In this document: one piece after another, positions 60,789 through 64,000 of the stretch
Layout of the letters: every line of letters begins with the position of its first letter
Position numbering within the stretch: the first letter of the stretch is position 1
NCBI GenBank assembly: GCA_002104905.1
Contig: MCFE01000098.1
Span: 62,001 to 126,000 of the forward strand
DNA: 64,000 nt
From: Basidiobolus meristosporus CBS 931.73
Lineage: Eukaryota > Fungi > Basidiobolomycota
Direction of reading: 5' to 3'
The notes under the pieces: model-generated
Databases searched by the model: none
What the model was told of the DNA's origin: nothing
Seen by the model: only the letters and a program-made list of their open reading frames with translations
Program-made: the position numbers and the translations under genes

Positions 60789-62942
60789 ATGGACAACAAA
60801 CAGAACGAGCTTCCCCCTAGAGTGCACCATCCAGCATCCAAGGAACAAGAAGCGCTCCAGAAGAAGGAACACATTACCGAAGTGATTCATGCCGCGCAGC
60901 AGGGAAAACTCCCCACCACTGTACAGCTGACCGATGCCATTGAGCAACTTCAGGAGGATAATTCTCTTCACCATGCCTCAGCCAACATGAGCGCCTCTGG
61001 CCGAAGGGTGATGGCCGATACGGAAAACCTCTTGGACTCCACCAAGAGATTGTTGACCGAGAAGAATGCCGATGATCAGATCCAGAATATCATCTACCAC
61101 AGCACTCAAGGTGGAATGGCTGCCCGCTCCGGAAACGAGATCACCCAAACCAAAGAGCAACTCTCCGACACTGCAGGTCAAACAAAAGGCCTGCTCTCCG
61201 ATGGAGCGGAAAAGATCACCCGTGTTGGCTGGTTGCTTGTGACCTCATCCCAATTCCGCCGATTGATGAATGATGTGACATCCATTTTCCAGGAATTAGT
61301 TGCAAGCAACATCCCTAATCACCCAGAGCAGGAGGAGACCGTCAGAGACACGAGTAGTTCGAAGTACACCAACGACTCTGGAATTCCCCATGACCATGAG
61401 GCAACAGTTGACGAGGCAGGCGAACGTGTCCAAGAGACTTTGCAGAAGAGCGGCAAGCCACTCTATCAAAATGCGAAGGAGACGGTGAAACCGTACATCA
61501 AACAAGCTGAGGACGGGGATATGCCGGTGAAGGAGGCGGCTAAGGAATCGATCCAGGAAATGAAGCAGGGCATTCAGCAACGGTTGAAAAACGTACGTCT
61601 CTCATCGAAACAGGAAGATCACCTCATCAACCGCATGAGGAATGTCTTCCGGGAGCTCCAGGAAAACCCCGAGTTCCAGGAAGCTATCGATGAGCTATCG
61701 GATATCGCCAGCACCCTGAAATCCCATGGTATGGATGCACAGTCGCTTGTGGCAGAGACAGCACAAACTAAGAAAGAGGCGGGGGGTGATGACTTGACAA
61801 TCGCTCGAGCCAATGCCAAGGAACTAGTGGAGAACTTTGCCGGCAATAAGTCGCTTGATCCCTTGATACAGTCCATCAGCAAGCTACATAGCGAGTACTC
61901 TGTGGACGAGGAGCTGTCGGCGTTCGTCAGAGACTTGAAAGAGTTCATCCGTCGCTCCATTCGCGAGAGCCAGTTCACCGATCGACCAGAGTACAAGAAG
62001 GAGGTGAGCGGGTTCATTGACAAGGGACAAAACATCATGGACCGCAAGTACCGTCCACACTTCCAGCAGATCAGCAACGAGGTCACTAGCTTCAATACGG
62101 CTCTGCAGCACGATCGGACCACGCAGGCGTTTGCACGTGATCTGGAGAAACTCACGCAAGACGTGTTCCTCGATGAGAGCGGGAAGCCAACCATCAAGTA
62201 CGATCTTGTCAAGGACTTTGCCAAGCTGGTTCCGGTGATTGCGAAGAAACTGGAGTATCTTCCGCTACCAAGGGTGGAGAACTCGGACGAACAGTTTGAT
62301 GTGATACTCGACAACATTGTACTCAAGTGCTCAAACATCGCCCCTGACTACATTCATCTCAGAACAGACACCCTGGTAGACACCAATCCGGAAACCAAGC
62401 AGAACTTCCACAACAACGTCTACATCAAGTTCGCAAACATCCAAGTGGAGGCGAAGAACATGGCATTCTACTACAAGAAGAAGACGTTCCCCAAGATGAC
62501 TGACGTGGGATACATTGACCTCACGATGCCCGATGACGGCATTACCATGGACATGACTTTAAACACCACTCCTGCACCCGACCCGGTAACGGGGCGCAAC
62601 CATGTGTATGAAGTCAAGCAGGTGGGAACATCAGCCAAGGATCTGAAACTAAAGATTCACAACTCCAAGCACGATGTCCTATACAAACTGCTCTCACCGA
62701 TCATCAACTCCAAGGTCCGAAAGATCATTGAGGAGCAGGTTCCAATCAAAGTACACGAAACCATGATGAAGATCGAGGAACAGCTAGTGAAAAACATGGA
62801 AGAAAGCAAAGCGCGTATTGGCTCCAGCACTGACCCATCCAGGATAGATCCTGCCCAGCTAACCAAGGAGCCCAACCCTCAATGGGGATCTCAGGCTTTT
62901 GACATGCAGCAACCAACGGTGCAACACATACGTGAGCGCTGA
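60789..62942 (+). CDS. Uncharacterised fungal protein of the DUF4449/DUF5923 type, intronless, 717 aa
   Basis: Long helical region (GKLPTTVQLTDAIEQL, LVTSSQFRRLMND, VFLDESGKPTIK) followed by LPLPRVENSDEQFDVILDNIV and a beta-rich C-terminus. The family assignment is from memory. The start was chosen by alignment to the paralog. Confidence 0.65.
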   Translation: MDNKQNELPPRVHHPASKEQEALQKKEHITEVIHAAQQGKLPTTVQLTDAIEQLQEDNSLHHASANMSASGRRVMADTENLLDSTKRLLTEKNADDQIQNIIYHSTQGGMAARSGNEITQTKEQLSDTAGQTKGLLSDGAEKITRVGWLLVTSSQFRRLMNDVTSIFQELVASNIPNHPEQEETVRDTSSSKYTNDSGIPHDHEATVDEAGERVQETLQKSGKPLYQNAKETVKPYIKQAEDGDMPVKEAAKESIQEMKQGIQQRLKNVRLSSKQEDHLINRMRNVFRELQENPEFQEAIDELSDIASTLKSHGMDAQSLVAETAQTKKEAGGDDLTIARANAKELVENFAGNKSLDPLIQSISKLHSEYSVDEELSAFVRDLKEFIRRSIRESQFTDRPEYKKEVSGFIDKGQNIMDRKYRPHFQQISNEVTSFNTALQHDRTTQAFARDLEKLTQDVFLDESGKPTIKYDLVKDFAKLVPVIAKKLEYLPLPRVENSDEQFDVILDNIVLKCSNIAPDYIHLRTDTLVDTNPETKQNFHNNVYIKFANIQVEAKNMAFYYKKKTFPKMTDVGYIDLTMPDDGITMDMTLNTTPAPDPVTGRNHVYEVKQVGTSAKDLKLKIHNSKHDVLYKLLSPIINSKVRKIIEEQVPIKVHETMMKIEEQLVKNMEESKARIGSSTDPSRIDPAQLTKEPNPQWGSQAFDMQQPTVQHIRER

Positions 62943-63185
62943 AGTGCCGATTTTCTCGCGACCCGATTCTGACCAACAGATGAGTTCGCCTCGAGATGCC
63001 TGATTTTGTGGTACTTTCTTCTGTACATTCCTGACCTTCATCGTAAATAAACCTTGCGCATTTGCAGCGTTGTCTTGTCTTGATAGCTATTGGTAGAGTA
63101 GGGTTAATTTATTTGACAAAATTGCTCCAGGAATTGCCGCTTGTTTCAGTTTTACAATGGTCAAAAAGGCATCAAGGATAGTTAC

Positions 63186-63242
63186 ATATATATATATAGG
63201 CAGAGGGAGAGGGAGAGGGAGAGAGAGTATGTGTATGTGTGA
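63186..63242. repeat. Compound microsatellite (AT)n, (GAGGGA)n, (GA)n, (TATGTG)n
   Basis: Directly visible. Confidence 0.7.
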
Positions 63243-63501
63243 GGTAAGCGAAAAAGTAACACAAAGGAAGACAGTTGAATGCATGTAAAAATGGCGAAGG
63301 GAAGAGGGGGGTTGGTGGAATGTTTTTCTCTGGTCCGACGGTGTGGAGAGAGGATCTGGACTAACACTCTGGTATGTTGCTCAACTGAACACGCTTACCA
63401 CTTATGGCCTTTAAAGTTGGAATCTTTTTTATTTGTTTCATTTTCCAGGGATTTCTCACCATCTAGTGGAGATCATTGGTGGGGAATTTACATGCATGGT
63501 A

Positions 63502-63525
63502 GTGCACGTCACTTAATTGACGTCA
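63502..63525 (+). promoter_or_regulatory. Paired CRE/ATF-like motifs upstream of the DUF4449-like paralog
   Basis: GTGCACGTCA-CTTAAT-TGACGTCA, about 60 bp before the ATG. Confidence 0.5.
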
Positions 63526-63585
63526 ACCCGACTGCCTGATCTAACTGAAAGGCCGTGACACCGTGACACAATTAGCATTTCGGTT

Positions 63586-64000
63586 ATGGACAACAATCAG
63601 AACGAACTCCTTCCCCCTAAGGGGCCCTATCCAGCATCCAGGGAACAAGAAGCGCTCCAGAAGGATGAGCACATTACCGAAGTGATTGAGGCCGCAGAGC
63701 AGGGAAAACTCCCCACCACTGTACAGCTGACCGATGCCATTGAACAAATCGAGGAGGACATTTCACTGGACCATGCTTCGATCAACATGAGCGCCTCCGG
63801 TTGGAGGGTGATAGCCGACACGGAAAAATTCTTGAACTCTACTAAGAGATTGTTAGCTGAGAAAGATGCCGGTGACCAGTTCCAGAATGTCATCTACTAT
63901 GGCATCCAGGGCGAGAGGGCTGCCCGCTCCGGAAACGAGATCACCCAAACCAGAGAACAACTGTCCGACATAGCAGTCCAAACAAAGGGCCTACTCTCCG
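63586..64000 (+). CDS. Tandem paralog of 60789-62942 (runs off the window)
   Basis: MDNNQNELLPP...EQGKLPTTVQLTDAIEQI aligns with gene 1, and the frame is open to the window end. Confidence 0.85.
   Translation, partial: MDNNQNELLPPKGPYPASREQEALQKDEHITEVIEAAEQGKLPTTVQLTDAIEQIEEDISLDHASINMSASGWRVIADTEKFLNSTKRLLAEKDAGDQFQNVIYYGIQGERAARSGNEITQTREQLSDIAVQTKGLLS

Noticed and set aside
61619-62338. 239-aa antisense ORF and other long shadow ORFs over host genes
   Set aside because: Expected antisense open frames of GC3-rich coding sequence, with no independent features.

Overview
This is eukaryotic DNA, very likely from an early-diverging fungus (short ~57-65 nt introns; INTS3, Git3/CAR-like GPCRs and a eukaryotic RlmN-like gene). 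The window has two sharply different halves. Positions 1 to ~46,030 are a nested transposon block almost free of CpG. It contains several Ty3/Gypsy and Ty1/Copia elements and solo LTRs, decayed CACTA/EnSpm copies, a 3.4-kb two-gene PIF/Harbinger-superfamily (PHIS) DNA transposon with a foldback MITE derivative, and one very young gag-protease-only LTR element. Positions ~46,030 to 64,000 have normal CpG content and densely packed host genes: a MEF2-type MADS-box factor, two GPCR-like 7TM proteins, an Hcs1/SMUBP-2 helicase, INTS3, an intronless RlmN-type radical-SAM methyltransferase and a tandem pair of DUF4449-like genes. The most unusual observations are two 2-nt micro-exons needed to rebuild conserved helicase motifs, intact transposon ORFs that are purged of CpG, and an LTR family whose 4-bp target sites are centred on CG. 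All exon structures, TSDs and counts were derived by eye and need computational confirmation.
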